Below the pieces are notes generated by a model. That model searched no databases and was not told where the DNA came from. It worked only from the letters and a program-made list of their open reading frames with translations. Of a stretch of 64,000 nt of DNA, positions 40,571 to 51,069 are shown one piece after another. Within the stretch, counting starts at the first letter, position 1, and every line of letters begins with the position of its first letter. The translations under genes were made by a program, and so were the position numbers. Source of the DNA: Kiritimatiellia bacterium (GTDB lineage: Bacteria > Verrucomicrobiota > Kiritimatiellia > RFP12 > UBA1067); the NCBI GenBank assembly GCA_041673345.1, contig JBAYXX010000003.1, positions 23,604 to 87,603 on the forward strand, written 5' to 3'.

Positions 40571-41878
40571 CTATGCTTCACTGCGAGTGATCATAAGCTC
40601 ACGCTCCGGCGGTGGTGTATCGCTGATTGCAACTGCTGTCCGCGCATACTCAACTAGGGAGTGCGCCAGCTCTTCTCTCCGGGCGTGGAGGCGCATCAGC
40701 ACACCCTCTTTTTCAACTATCTCTCCTTGCTGCACAAGGCAGTCGACACCCGCCGCATGATCAATCACATCCTCGTTTTTCCGGCGACCGCCGCCTAATT
40801 GCAGCACTACTCGGCCAATCGTGTCGGCATTCACCTCTGCCACAAAACCCTTCGCCTGCGCTTTTATCTCCACTGTGGCACCTGGCTGAGGAAAGCGGGT
40901 GTAATCATCGATCACCCCTGCATCACCTCTCTGCTCCTCAACCATGTGCCTGAAGCATGCTAGCGCCGCGCCATTGTCGAGCAGTTCGGCAAGCTTTTCA
41001 CGGGCAGAGTTCAGATCAGGATAAACATTGCTCAACACAGTCATCATCGCGGTCAGTTCAATGGTCAACAGCCGTGTATCGGGCGGCCCGCCCCCCTTGA
41101 GTGTCTCAATCGCCTCGATTACCTCCACTGCATTACCAGCTGTGCGCCCTAGGGGCTGATCCATGTTGGTGATGATCGCGTCACACTTGCGGCCAAGTAC
41201 GCGCCCTACGGTGATCAGACTCCTTGCCAATGCCTCTGCATCCTGCTGGTTCTTCATAAAAGCGGCTCGTCCACATTTGACATCCAAGACCAGGGTATCA
41301 GCTCCTTCAGCCAGCTTCTTTGACATGATGCTGGCGGTTATCAGCGGAATGCTGGGCACAGTGCCAGTCACATCGCGCAGGGCGTAGAGCTTTTTATCAG
41401 CTGGCGCAAGATTATCGGTCTGGCCGATAATCGAGCAGCCGACAACCTCAATCACCCGCTGGAATTCAGCGATGGAGAGATAGGTGTCATATCCAGGAAT
41501 AGACTCAAGTTTATCCACCGTGCCACCGGTAATACCTAGCCCACGCCCAGCGATCATCGGCACTGCCAGACCTGCGGCGGCGGCCAGCGGCGCGATCATC
41601 AGCGAAAGCTTGTCGCCAATACCGCCGGTAGAGTGTTTGTCAGCGACTGGACGGGGCCAACCCTCGAATGATATCAGATCACCCGAGCGCATCATGGCAT
41701 CAGTCAATGCAGCGGTCTCCGAGGCGGTCATGCCTTGAAAGAAAACCGCCATAGCCAGCGCTGCCATCTGGTACTCTGGTATTGAGCCATCGGTAAAACC
41801 AGCGATAAACGCGTGGATCTCCTGATCACTTAAACTCGCTCCATCGCGTTTTTTTTCAATTAACCATTGGGGTATCAT
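40571..41878 (-). CDS. deoA: Thymidine / pyrimidine-nucleoside phosphorylase
   Basis: ADKHSTGGIGDK phosphate-binding motif. Glycosyltransferase family 3 fold. C-terminal PYNP domain. Confidence 0.85.
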   Translation of the reverse strand: MIPQWLIEKKRDGASLSDQEIHAFIAGFTDGSIPEYQMAALAMAVFFQGMTASETAALTDAMMRSGDLISFEGWPRPVADKHSTGGIGDKLSLMIAPLAAAAGLAVPMIAGRGLGITGGTVDKLESIPGYDTYLSIAEFQRVIEVVGCSIIGQTDNLAPADKKLYALRDVTGTVPSIPLITASIMSKKLAEGADTLVLDVKCGRAAFMKNQQDAEALARSLITVGRVLGRKCDAIITNMDQPLGRTAGNAVEVIEAIETLKGGGPPDTRLLTIELTAMMTVLSNVYPDLNSAREKLAELLDNGAALACFRHMVEEQRGDAGVIDDYTRFPQPGATVEIKAQAKGFVAEVNADTIGRVVLQLGGGRRKNEDVIDHAAGVDCLVQQGEIVEKEGVLMRLHARREELAHSLVEYARTAVAISDTPPPERELMITRSEA

Positions 41879-41887
41879 TTGTTCTCC

Positions 41888-43054
41888 TTATCCCTCTTTG
41901 TGGGGAGAAAAGATATTGTAGTTATAGTGGTTGATGTGAATGCAGCTTGCGGCAAGAAGCAAAATAATTATGCCTCCAAAAACATAGAGATTGCGCCGCT
42001 TGATCCTCTGTTTGTGCAATTCAGCGGTCATATGATTGACTATACTCTGCAGCTCTAGGCGGTGCTCAGAGTCAGGGTGTCCCTCCAGGTATTCATTCAG
42101 CGTCACAATTGAGGCAGCAAAGTTAGGGGAGCTTCTCAAGCCGCGCAACAGAGAGATCTCGCGTTGTTCGCGCTCCTGCAGCTCGCGCATTATTTTGGTT
42201 TGCTCTTGAAGCGCAGCCTGCTCTGTGGCCAGCAATGTTTCGACATCACCTATATCCTCGCGATAGCTGGATTTGGCCACAAGTGCCTGCAGGGCGGCAA
42301 CTCTCTCAGTCAAATCGGCTTTACTTTTTGCAATCTTTAGGTTTTCCGAAAAGACCACCTCATTGTTGATCCACTTAGTGATCCCCTTCACAATCAGGGT
42401 AAAGTCGTTATAAACTTTCGTGGGTGTGACAAATCTCTCCGGCTTTCCCTTGCAGTTTGAACAGGGTCTCTCAATCTGGCCTGTGCCCCTGCACATCTCA
42501 CACACTACCCTTCCAGTGCCTTTGCAAACCGAACACTTAACTCCCGCTTCACGCGAGCCTTTAAGATTTTTACGTCTCAGCCGTTCACCCTCCCCGTTGC
42601 AGGCCTTGCATTTGTCGCTCCCTTTGCAGGCCGGACAGAGATTTGTGACCTTCCCACGCCCTTGACACTCTTCGCAGCGCTCATAACATGCTTGCAGGTC
42701 AATCCGTAGAAGGTGCGCGTCATCGGGATAGGTGCGGGAGTGGGAGTTTCGCGCACTTATATAGAGGTTGGTGTTGCCTTTGAATAGCGTGGAGAGTGCA
42801 TAGCCTGCCATGGCCCGGCTCCGAAGGCGGTCAACGCTGTTTGTGCCTTTTGCATATGCCAGCAGTGCAGCAAGGGCTGTTTCATCGCGCGGTTGCTCAA
42901 CCAGTAGTTCACACGTTTTCTTGAGGGCTGATAAATCTGAAGTTGTCGATGGCACTGCGTTTGACTGCGCGACCAGAGGCAGCAGCAGCAAAACTAAGCT
43001 CATTGAAGCAAACAAGTAATTTTTTAAACATTTATTCATGATGCGAAAATACAT
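41888..43054 (-). CDS. Hypothetical secreted/membrane protein with repeated DnaJ-type CxxCxGxG zinc-finger motifs, coiled coil and C-terminal TM helix
   Basis: CPACKGSDKCKACNGEGE, CSVCKGTGRVVCEMCRGTGQIERPCSNCKGKPE. Heptad region. C-terminal hydrophobic segment. Confidence 0.5.
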   Translation of the reverse strand: MYFRIMNKCLKNYLFASMSLVLLLLPLVAQSNAVPSTTSDLSALKKTCELLVEQPRDETALAALLAYAKGTNSVDRLRSRAMAGYALSTLFKGNTNLYISARNSHSRTYPDDAHLLRIDLQACYERCEECQGRGKVTNLCPACKGSDKCKACNGEGERLRRKNLKGSREAGVKCSVCKGTGRVVCEMCRGTGQIERPCSNCKGKPERFVTPTKVYNDFTLIVKGITKWINNEVVFSENLKIAKSKADLTERVAALQALVAKSSYREDIGDVETLLATEQAALQEQTKIMRELQEREQREISLLRGLRSSPNFAASIVTLNEYLEGHPDSEHRLELQSIVNHMTAELHKQRIKRRNLYVFGGIIILLLAASCIHINHYNYNIFSPHKEG

Positions 43055-43160
43055 CTTTTTGCGCCAAAATGCAATCACAAAGCCCATACAAAACTCTTTG
43101 TGTACCAAAGCGGGTTGTTGAGGCGTTACATTGAACTTATTGCCCGGGACCTCACTATTA

Positions 43161-43769
43161 CTATTCGATGCGCTGAATTATATCCAGGATCTCATCCCAC
43201 GAATCGCAGCGTCGCATCTCGGCCCGCAGTTGATATGTGGCATTCCACGGTCGATTGAAGATCACCACCCGGCACCCCTGCAACGCAGTCAAGAGATCCA
43301 GCGCGGCTGGAGCATCCTCGATTGCCACATCAAACCGCAGCTTATAAAACTGCTCCAGCGTCAACATCTGCGGCGCCCATACTGGCAGGTCCTTGGGGGC
43401 ACGACCATACTTATCGACGTAAATAATCTCCACGCCCTCCAACCCGTAATTTTCCATCCAGGCCACAGAGCCAACATGACAGTCAGAGGGGCGGCCAGTC
43501 ACAATGGTCACTTTATGCCCAGCAGCCTGCAGCTCCTTGACCGCCTCGACCGCGCCCGGTACTGGCTCAAGTTGTGCTAAAAAACCCTGTTTATGCGCCA
43601 GTCCCATCAACTGTTCAATCTCATCCGCCGAAAGAGAGAATGCGTGTTGAAGGTCAAAGACCTTGATCTGCTCATAGGGTACATCGCGTTTAAAAAGGTT
43701 TTTGGCTGCCTTCGAGAGAGCCCGGGCAGTTTCACACAAAACATCATCAAAATCAATATATATACGCAT
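43161..43769 (-). CDS. HAD-superfamily 5'(3')-deoxyribonucleotidase-like phosphatase
   Basis: N-terminal DFDDV (DxDx[TV]) nucleophile motif. NT5C-like length and pattern. Confidence 0.65.
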   Translation of the reverse strand: MRIYIDFDDVLCETARALSKAAKNLFKRDVPYEQIKVFDLQHAFSLSADEIEQLMGLAHKQGFLAQLEPVPGAVEAVKELQAAGHKVTIVTGRPSDCHVGSVAWMENYGLEGVEIIYVDKYGRAPKDLPVWAPQMLTLEQFYKLRFDVAIEDAPAALDLLTALQGCRVVIFNRPWNATYQLRAEMRRCDSWDEILDIIQRIE

Positions 43770-43789
43770 TCCTAAAATTTAACATATAG

Positions 43790-44060
43790 CGGGTAGCAAC
43801 TCAAGGTTAGGGTTGAAGGTTAGGGTTGAAGGTTAAAGGATTAAAATGGTCGATCAGCGTCGTCGTCCGTTATCGTAAACCGACGGCGAAGCCGAACTCC
43901 AGTAGGTCCGGTTTCCAACCGGACATGTCCGATTGGAAATCGGACCTACGTTTTTGCGAAGCACTGTAGCCACGGGCCGTGACCGCGGTTAGCGCGTTTA
44001 TAGTCGCTTAGGCGCCTACTGCACTTTAGAACTCTAGAGCTTCCCCTTTCAACCATTTCA
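43790..44060. repeat. Composite repeat cluster ((GGTTAGGGTTGAA)x2, module C, module A, module H, partial module E)
   Basis: 43903-43950 is a module A double hairpin. 43800-43845 is a TTAGGG-containing 13-mer duplicated. Confidence 0.8.
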
Positions 44061-44158
44061 ACCTTTTTTAACTATCATTCAATTCCTTGTTTTATACGGC
44101 AGGATTTGAGATAATAATTTTCAAGTTCAGAGTTAAACTACCTTCAAAGGAAAACTAC

Positions 44159-45229
44159 GTGAAATATTTAACCTATGTCGGAACCTATACCAGTGAGCGG
44201 AAAGAGGGCATCCACATATTTGAGAGTGACATTGAAAGCGGTATGCTCACACCAGTGGGTCTGATCGGTGGATTCGACAACCCAACCTACCTCAACCTTT
44301 CCCGGGATAATACCCGGCTCTATACAACTATGGGAGTTGCGCAACTGGGTCCACAGGGTAAAACCGGCGCGCTGGCAGCCTACGCCGTACAAGGGCAAAC
44401 CCTCAAACTCCTGAACTACAAGCCGGTCCATGCGACTACACCCTGCTATGTGCAACTGGACAAGGCTGAAAAATCGCTGGTCTTTGCCGAGTACACCAAT
44501 GCGATTGCCGGGGTTTTTGAGCTGAATGATGACGGCTCCATTGCCGACACGCCACCGCAGACGGTGATCCACCAGGGACGAGGCCTTCATCCGAAGCGGC
44601 AGGAAAAAGCCCACGCTCACTGCGCGGAGATGACCCCTGACAACCAGCACCTCTGCGTTGTCGACTTGGGGCTTGACTGTGTTAAACTTTATGATTTTGC
44701 GGACCGCGCCCATGGCCTGACTGAGGTCGGTAACATGACGCTTAAAACTAAGGCAGGCGCTGGGCCTCGCCACATCATCTTCCATCCGAATGGATCGCTG
44801 GCCTTTGTGATCAATGAGCTGGGCAACACCCTCAGCTCCTACCGCTATACAGGTGAAGGATTCTGCCATATCCAGACGCTCGACACCCTACCCGCTGATT
44901 TTCAAGCCCCAAGCGCCACAGCGGCCATCAAGATCAACGCAGCTGGAGACCGTGTTTTTGGTTCCAACCGCGGCCACGACAGCATCGTCACCTTTGGTCT
45001 GGATGCAGCGACCGGTCGGATGGAGCGCATAGCTATTTCAAAGCTGACCGCGCCTCAGCCGCGTGATTTCGAGTTGATGCCAGGTGAAAAATTCGCGGTG
45101 GTCGGCTCGCAGAGCGGCAATCTCTTGCAGGTCTATGCCTATGATGATGCCAACGGAGCCTTTGACCCGGCTCACAAACCAGTCAGCGTACACAAGCCGG
45201 TCTGCGTTAAGTTTGGAGCGCAGGCATAA
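44159..45229 (+). CDS. 6-phosphogluconolactonase (7-bladed beta-propeller lactonase family)
   Basis: YVGTYT..GIHIF start typical of the lactonase family. GTG start with AAGGAAAA SD. Confidence 0.65.
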   Translation: MKYLTYVGTYTSERKEGIHIFESDIESGMLTPVGLIGGFDNPTYLNLSRDNTRLYTTMGVAQLGPQGKTGALAAYAVQGQTLKLLNYKPVHATTPCYVQLDKAEKSLVFAEYTNAIAGVFELNDDGSIADTPPQTVIHQGRGLHPKRQEKAHAHCAEMTPDNQHLCVVDLGLDCVKLYDFADRAHGLTEVGNMTLKTKAGAGPRHIIFHPNGSLAFVINELGNTLSSYRYTGEGFCHIQTLDTLPADFQAPSATAAIKINAAGDRVFGSNRGHDSIVTFGLDAATGRMERIAISKLTAPQPRDFELMPGEKFAVVGSQSGNLLQVYAYDDANGAFDPAHKPVSVHKPVCVKFGAQA

Positions 45230-45285
45230 TCCGATCAATTTTTGAAAACCCACAAAAGGTAATACCCCAAACTAGAATAATAATC

Positions 45286-46107
45286 ATGTTGAACAATAAA
45301 AATCAATTCTCTCTATTCTTTTTAACCCTGGTAACGATTATGAGTGCCTGCATCAGTATTGCTGAAAAACCGTATATTGTCGCCCACCGGGGAGCCTCCA
45401 ACGAAGCCCCTGAAAATACACGACCGGCCTTTAAATTGGCTTGGGAACAAGGGGCCGATGCCATTGAGGGTGACTTTTATCTCACTAAGGATGGGCGCAT
45501 TGTCTGCATTCATGATGGCAACACAAAACGGGTTGCCGGCACGAACCTGGTGATTGCAGCTTCAACCTTTGCCGAGCTGCGCGCGCTGGATGTCGGACGT
45601 TGGAAGGGCGAGCGCTACCGGAGCACAGTGATCCCCTCAGTCGAGGAAGTTTTCGCGCTCGTACCCGACAGCAAGGGTATTTATGTTGAGATTAAATGTG
45701 GTCCAGAAATTATACCGGAAATGCTGAAAATTCTGACACGCTCTGGTTTAAAAGATGAGCAGGTCACCTTCATTTGCTTTAAAAAAGAGGTCATCCGCGA
45801 ACTCAAACGTGTCGCGCCTCACTACCGGGCCTTCTGGCTCTGCTCTCTCAAGCGCGACAAAGCGGAAAACATTACGCCGACTCTAGAGCAGGCCCTCGCC
45901 ACCCTGCGTGAGATCAAGGCTGACGGCTTCAGCTCTTCACTGGGAAACTTGTCGGACGGTTATGTGCAAGGCATCATTGCCGCCGGGTTTGAGTGGCATG
46001 TATGGACAGTCGATAACCCCGAAGCGGCAAAACGCTGTGTGAGATTGGGGGCCAAATCCATCACAACCAATGTGCCGGGAGAGATGATTCGGGTGCTCAA
46101 CGACTAA
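45286..46107 (+). CDS. Glycerophosphodiester phosphodiesterase (GDPD family), secreted
   Basis: HRGASNEAPENT and EGDFYLTKDGRIVCIHD catalytic motifs. Signal peptide. Confidence 0.8.
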   Translation: MLNNKNQFSLFFLTLVTIMSACISIAEKPYIVAHRGASNEAPENTRPAFKLAWEQGADAIEGDFYLTKDGRIVCIHDGNTKRVAGTNLVIAASTFAELRALDVGRWKGERYRSTVIPSVEEVFALVPDSKGIYVEIKCGPEIIPEMLKILTRSGLKDEQVTFICFKKEVIRELKRVAPHYRAFWLCSLKRDKAENITPTLEQALATLREIKADGFSSSLGNLSDGYVQGIIAAGFEWHVWTVDNPEAAKRCVRLGAKSITTNVPGEMIRVLND

Positions 46108-46470
46108 TATCCTAGTCGCTTAGGCGACTAGAAAAAGCAATTAATTGTTCTTTCCAACAAGTTGTCTGTTTGTGAAGTCGTTTAACTCTAATGTAGTAGT
46201 CGCTCTGTGAGCGACATATGCCGCTCATAGAGCGGCTTCGGCCGACGATGCTGTGCGACCCGCCTTCCAGTCGTTCGGCGTGGCGAGTGATGTTGGTGGA
46301 CGATTGGGATCATGCGGAGGCTCGTCAACCAGCATCGTCGCCGCTATCGTAAACCGACGGCGCGGTCGACTTTCAGTAGGTCCCGATGCATCGGGACATG
46401 TCCGGTTGGAAACCGGACCTACGTTGCTCCCGCGTCAGAGACGCGACCTTTTCACTTTAGAACTTCTTCT
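46108..46470. repeat. Composite repeat cluster (module E, module-D inverted pair, modules B/C, module A)
   Basis: Module E at 46109-46155. Module D at 46191-46236. Module A at 46376-46423. ORF-track entry 46253..46543 is repeat translation. Confidence 0.8.
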
Positions 46471-46600
46471 CAATCAGGTCAAATCGCTTCCGAATCGGCT
46501 AATAGCGGCTTTAGTCCTTGATATTTTGCGGCGAACAAAGTAAACTTTCAGCTTTAATAAAAAATATTAACCCCCTGTTTTATGAAAGGCTTTGTTTTGT

Positions 46601-47680
46601 ATGGACCCAAATGCGCTCAAATTATTAAAAGGGCTGGTCGCACTGCCAACACCGACCGGCTTTGAAGAAGATGGAATGATCCTGCTGGGCAACTACCTCA
46701 AAGCTGTCGGCATCAAAGACGTGGCCTTGGATGTGCATGGCAACCTGCGGGCTTCTCTCAACCGCGAGGCTCCATTGCGGGTTATGCTTGAAGGGCACTG
46801 TGATGAAATCGGATTTATGGTGCAGTATGTTGATGACGATGGCTTTCTTTACATGTGCCCGCTGGGCGGGGTGACCACCCCTACACTGGCCTCAGAGCGT
46901 ATTGTGATCCAGGGCAAGCAGGGTCCAGTCTACGGTGTTTTCGGTGTTCGCCCTCCCCACCTGATGACTGCGGAGCAGCGCAAAAAATTAGCACCGCAGG
47001 ACATCCAGGAGATCAAGGTGGATATCGGTGCCACCAGCAGGGAGGATGCGCTCAAACTGATTGATCTGGGAAGCCCCGCTGTGATTGATGCTGGATGGAA
47101 CGAACTGGCAAACAACCGCATTGCCTGCCGCGGATTCGATAACCGGATTGGTGCTTTTATTGTGACTGAGACTATGCGGCGGCTCGCAGACAAACAACTG
47201 AATGTGGCCGTACACATGGTTGCCAGCGTACAGGAAGAGGTGGGACTCGTGGGAGGCCAAACCACCGCTTATGACATCAACCCCCACATTGGGCTCTGTG
47301 TGGATGTCACATTCGCCTCTGATGCCCAGCCAGACGATAAGAAAATCGTGGGCGACATCAGGCTCGGTGCCGGTCCATCCATCGCAGTTGGTCCGACCTA
47401 TCACAAAAAATTGAACGCGCATGTGATCAGCAGCGCTCAGAGTGCTGGTATCAACCTGCAGACACAGGTGCGCGGCCGCGGCAATGGTACTTGCGCCTGG
47501 GCCATGCGCCTCTCCCGCTCCGGTGCCGCTGTGGTGCAGCTAAGCATCCCTCTGAGGTATATGCATAGCCCAGTGGAGGTTATCTCGCTGGACGACGCGG
47601 CACTGGTGATCGACACCCTGTGCGCGGCGATTGAAAGTATGCCGGCTGACATGAATCTGATCCCTGACGGACTGGAATAA
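46601..47680 (+). CDS. M42-family metallo-aminopeptidase (FrvX/CelM-like)
   Basis: LKGLVALPTPTGFEE...HCDEIGFMV.. is the M42 signature. Confidence 0.8.
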   Translation: MDPNALKLLKGLVALPTPTGFEEDGMILLGNYLKAVGIKDVALDVHGNLRASLNREAPLRVMLEGHCDEIGFMVQYVDDDGFLYMCPLGGVTTPTLASERIVIQGKQGPVYGVFGVRPPHLMTAEQRKKLAPQDIQEIKVDIGATSREDALKLIDLGSPAVIDAGWNELANNRIACRGFDNRIGAFIVTETMRRLADKQLNVAVHMVASVQEEVGLVGGQTTAYDINPHIGLCVDVTFASDAQPDDKKIVGDIRLGAGPSIAVGPTYHKKLNAHVISSAQSAGINLQTQVRGRGNGTCAWAMRLSRSGAAVVQLSIPLRYMHSPVEVISLDDAALVIDTLCAAIESMPADMNLIPDGLE

Positions 47681-47684
47681 AAAT

Positions 47685-48836
47685 ATGCGGTTTGCGGTCA
47701 CTTATCTGATGGATCAACTGGCCCCCAGTGAGACCTTTATACAGCGTGAACTGGATCAACTGCGCAGGCGTGATTGGCCAGTTGAGGTCTGCCTTCTCAA
47801 GGGCGGCCCGCAACCGTTGTTGTTTGCCCCTTTCAGTTGCCCGCGCGGTTTCAGGCTGAGGTTCGTCAAGGTGGCTGTTGCACGTGTGCTGGAGGAGTTG
47901 TTTCGCGCGCCGCTGGTGGCGTTGCGTATCATCAAGCGGCTGCCGCAAGCCGCAGCCTTGATCAGGGAGGTGGTTGCCTCCGACACCCGGCTGATTCACT
48001 CACAGTTCGCGGGCATAACCGCGGATCTGGCGGGGATCGCGGCCAGGAGCGTGGGTATCAACTGGAGTTGTTCAGTGCATGCTCATGACATTTACTGTAC
48101 TGCTCCCGCGATCACCCGCAGAAGGCTTCGTACTGCCTCGGGAATTGCCGCCTGTACCGAACAGGTGGCAGCGGCAACTGCTACCGCTGGCGTTCCTCAT
48201 GCGCGGATACACATCATCCGCCATGGTCTGCCGCTGAGTGATTATTCTCTCAGAACCAACATGTCTGAGGAGTTTGTTTTCACTGCTTGCCGCCTTACCA
48301 AAAAGAAAGGGCTGGATACCCTAATCAAAGCCTGCGCAGTGCTCAGTGAGCACGGCCTGAAAATAATCTGTAAGATCGCGGGCACAGGTGCTGAACTCAT
48401 AAAACTCAAGAAACTTTGCATCGAATTGAATTTAAGCGACCAGATTTTGTTCGAAGGCTGGCTTCCTCAGGAGGAGATCCGCAACCACATCCAGAACGCG
48501 CTCCTGATTGTTCTACCATCGCGGCAAACATCGGATGGCGACCGCGACGGAATTGCCAACATTTTGGTTGAAGCACTGGCACTCGGCACACCGGTTATCA
48601 CCACAACCGCCAGCGCGGCTTCGGAGGTGATTTTTAATGGGAGAAATGGTATTCTAGTTGAGCCGGAGGACCATGCCGCGCTGGCAGATGCGATTGAAAG
48701 AATTGCGGGCTCAAAGAGCTTGAGGGCCCAGCTTGTCCGCGAAGGACGCAAAACTGCGGAGTCGCTTTTTAACGGTGCCTCCAACATCCTTCAGCTAGAA
48801 AATTTTTTTAAGCGTGTGGTTATGATCGCCACTTAA
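47685..48836 (+). CDS. Glycosyltransferase family 4 (GT-B)
   Basis: C-terminal E-x7-E region (ILVEALALGTPVITT...NGILVEPED). Confidence 0.75.
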   Translation: MRFAVTYLMDQLAPSETFIQRELDQLRRRDWPVEVCLLKGGPQPLLFAPFSCPRGFRLRFVKVAVARVLEELFRAPLVALRIIKRLPQAAALIREVVASDTRLIHSQFAGITADLAGIAARSVGINWSCSVHAHDIYCTAPAITRRRLRTASGIAACTEQVAAATATAGVPHARIHIIRHGLPLSDYSLRTNMSEEFVFTACRLTKKKGLDTLIKACAVLSEHGLKIICKIAGTGAELIKLKKLCIELNLSDQILFEGWLPQEEIRNHIQNALLIVLPSRQTSDGDRDGIANILVEALALGTPVITTTASAASEVIFNGRNGILVEPEDHAALADAIERIAGSKSLRAQLVREGRKTAESLFNGASNILQLENFFKRVVMIAT

Positions 48837-48872
48837 ATCCAAACGAATATCCAAAGAGATTGCATACCCCCC

Positions 48873-49379
48873 ATGAAAAAAAATATCTTGTTCATCATTC
48901 TCGTGACTGCGTTGATTTTTTCAAGCGGCTGTTTTGATCCATTTTACCACAACCCTTACTTTAAGGTAGATGAATCCGGACTCAACTGGCTGGAGATCTA
49001 CCACAAACAGATCTCGGGCAAAAAACTGGTGCGCGTACGGATTGACGGCAATGGAGTTATTAAAATCAAGGAGGGCACCAGCCCGCTGGTCGGCGATGAA
49101 TTCGCGCACGACAATTTGAATGAAAACTGGAAGGATATCCGTGATTACCAGCTGACTGTCAGCCGCGATGAAACTACCCGTATTTTCCAGGAGCTGATCA
49201 ATAACGGCCTTTTCCTTGAGCAAAAGAAATCGGCTGACTCACCCGACGGAACTGTCATCATGGCCTTTGGAAACATCCAGAACCACACGGTCTACGCCAC
49301 GGTTTATGATCCTGACTTGTATGAGCATCTGAATGCACTGGTACTGATGTTTTATCACCCCCAACCCAAACGCAAATAA
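48873..49379 (+). CDS. Hypothetical lipoprotein
   Basis: Lipobox FSSGC. No known domain. Confidence 0.5.
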   Translation: MKKNILFIILVTALIFSSGCFDPFYHNPYFKVDESGLNWLEIYHKQISGKKLVRVRIDGNGVIKIKEGTSPLVGDEFAHDNLNENWKDIRDYQLTVSRDETTRIFQELINNGLFLEQKKSADSPDGTVIMAFGNIQNHTVYATVYDPDLYEHLNALVLMFYHPQPKRK

Positions 49380-49407
49380 GAGAGCGACTCAATATTATCA
49401 CCCCAAC

Positions 49408-51063
49408 ATGAAGGCGAAAAACAAAATAGGGCTCTCGGTTGTTATTCTGCTGTTTCCTTTTATTGGAACTCGCGCCTGCCTTGGAGAGCGCTTATTTGTC
49501 GGCATCCTCGAGACTGAAAGCTATCACTCGCTGGAGCTAAGTGTCGCGGCATTTGCCAATGTTACTAGGATGCCTGAGCTAAACGCTCAGTTAAAGGCTA
49601 AAGCATCCCAGCTAACCGCACTCCCTGTGATTTCAGGATTTGTAAAAGACAAGCGCCTACGCGTCATTCAGAGCATTGACCCCGCGGAGTTGCTCAGCGA
49701 CATCAACCCGGCCAATACTGCCATTATCCCAATCAAAGACGAAGGCAAAGAGATCGAGCGTCTGCTCAACGAAAGCTACTCGGCCTGCGATCTCTGGCAC
49801 TCAAAGATCAACGTGTACAGCAAACCCTTGTCAACCACCCTATTCCCATCGGTTGCCATTGCCAAACAGGGCCAATGGCTGCTTGCCTCACGCTCACAAG
49901 AAGCGTTGTTGTGGATCATTGAAAACCCGAAGCTGCTGAATGCCCCCCCGCTCCCGCAGAAGGGTACTCTCAAATATCTGATCAACCCGCAAAGGGCCGC
50001 CGCTATTCTCAAAGCGCAAAGCGACCTGACCCTGATGCAATTCTTCAAGCCCATTGAAATTCTGCAGGAGCTGGAGATGTGCAGCTTCGCGCTTGCATTA
50101 GAACCCCAGAGCCTGACGATCACCGCTGAGGCCACTCCACTGCCAGGTGCTCAATTGACAACCCTGGCAAAAACTTTACGCAAACCAGAGGCCACGCTCC
50201 TGAACTCAGCCCCCCCCAGCACTTTTCTTCTATCTATCTCCAAGTGTGAAGAACCTGAAATCTGGAACCGGTTCGCACTGAACCTCCAACAACACATTTC
50301 ACCAGCTCTGACCCAATTGAATACAAAAAAGCTATTCACCGGCGAGCGAGTACAATATCTCGCCCCTTCCAAAGATAAAAAAGGTTTGGTCTTTGTTCAG
50401 CTTGAGCCGCTGGACAACGCCTCTGCGGTCATGGATGCAATTAAAATACTCGATACAACCACACCCTCTGATGCGGCAATCACCTTAGAAAAAATCGCAC
50501 CATCGGCTGCCTCGCAGAGCGACAGCGTCTGTTACAAGCTACACCTCAAACCAAAAGACGAGCAAAGCGAACCCTCTGCAATCTACACCATTGCCTCCCT
50601 GTTTATCAAGCACGCCTATCTGGAGATGGCAATCAAAGATAACCAGCTGATCATCGTGGTGGGCCCCAAAAACAGCCTTGCGGAGGTTGTCAGCCGCATC
50701 CTCGGCTCTCCGCGGGATATCTCCTTGCTCACTGAACTTAATATCAGAAACGACTCCTTCAGCCACGACCCGCTCTCTGGAATAAAACTGGAACTCACCA
50801 AACTCCTGCGTTTCACCGCCTCCATGATCCCTCACATTACGCAACAACAGCTGGCCACTTTGCCCGAGGGTGGCTATGGGTTGACTTTCGGGCTCGACAA
50901 AGGAAGTGGGGCTTTAATCAAAGGTTCCTTCCAGATATCAGCCGATGAATTTTCCGCACTTAAAAACATAAGCACTACTGGGCGTGAGCTGATGCAGAAG
51001 CTGCTCATGTCAATGTTGGCACAACGCATTGAACGCATTGAACTGCCGCCCGAACAGGAGTAA
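49408..51063 (+). CDS. Hypothetical secreted protein (551 aa)
   Basis: Signal peptide. No known domain. Same-strand tight spacing with flanking genes. Confidence 0.5.
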   Translation: MKAKNKIGLSVVILLFPFIGTRACLGERLFVGILETESYHSLELSVAAFANVTRMPELNAQLKAKASQLTALPVISGFVKDKRLRVIQSIDPAELLSDINPANTAIIPIKDEGKEIERLLNESYSACDLWHSKINVYSKPLSTTLFPSVAIAKQGQWLLASRSQEALLWIIENPKLLNAPPLPQKGTLKYLINPQRAAAILKAQSDLTLMQFFKPIEILQELEMCSFALALEPQSLTITAEATPLPGAQLTTLAKTLRKPEATLLNSAPPSTFLLSISKCEEPEIWNRFALNLQQHISPALTQLNTKKLFTGERVQYLAPSKDKKGLVFVQLEPLDNASAVMDAIKILDTTTPSDAAITLEKIAPSAASQSDSVCYKLHLKPKDEQSEPSAIYTIASLFIKHAYLEMAIKDNQLIIVVGPKNSLAEVVSRILGSPRDISLLTELNIRNDSFSHDPLSGIKLELTKLLRFTASMIPHITQQQLATLPEGGYGLTFGLDKGSGALIKGSFQISADEFSALKNISTTGRELMQKLLMSMLAQRIERIELPPEQE

Positions 51064-51069
51064 TCCGCC

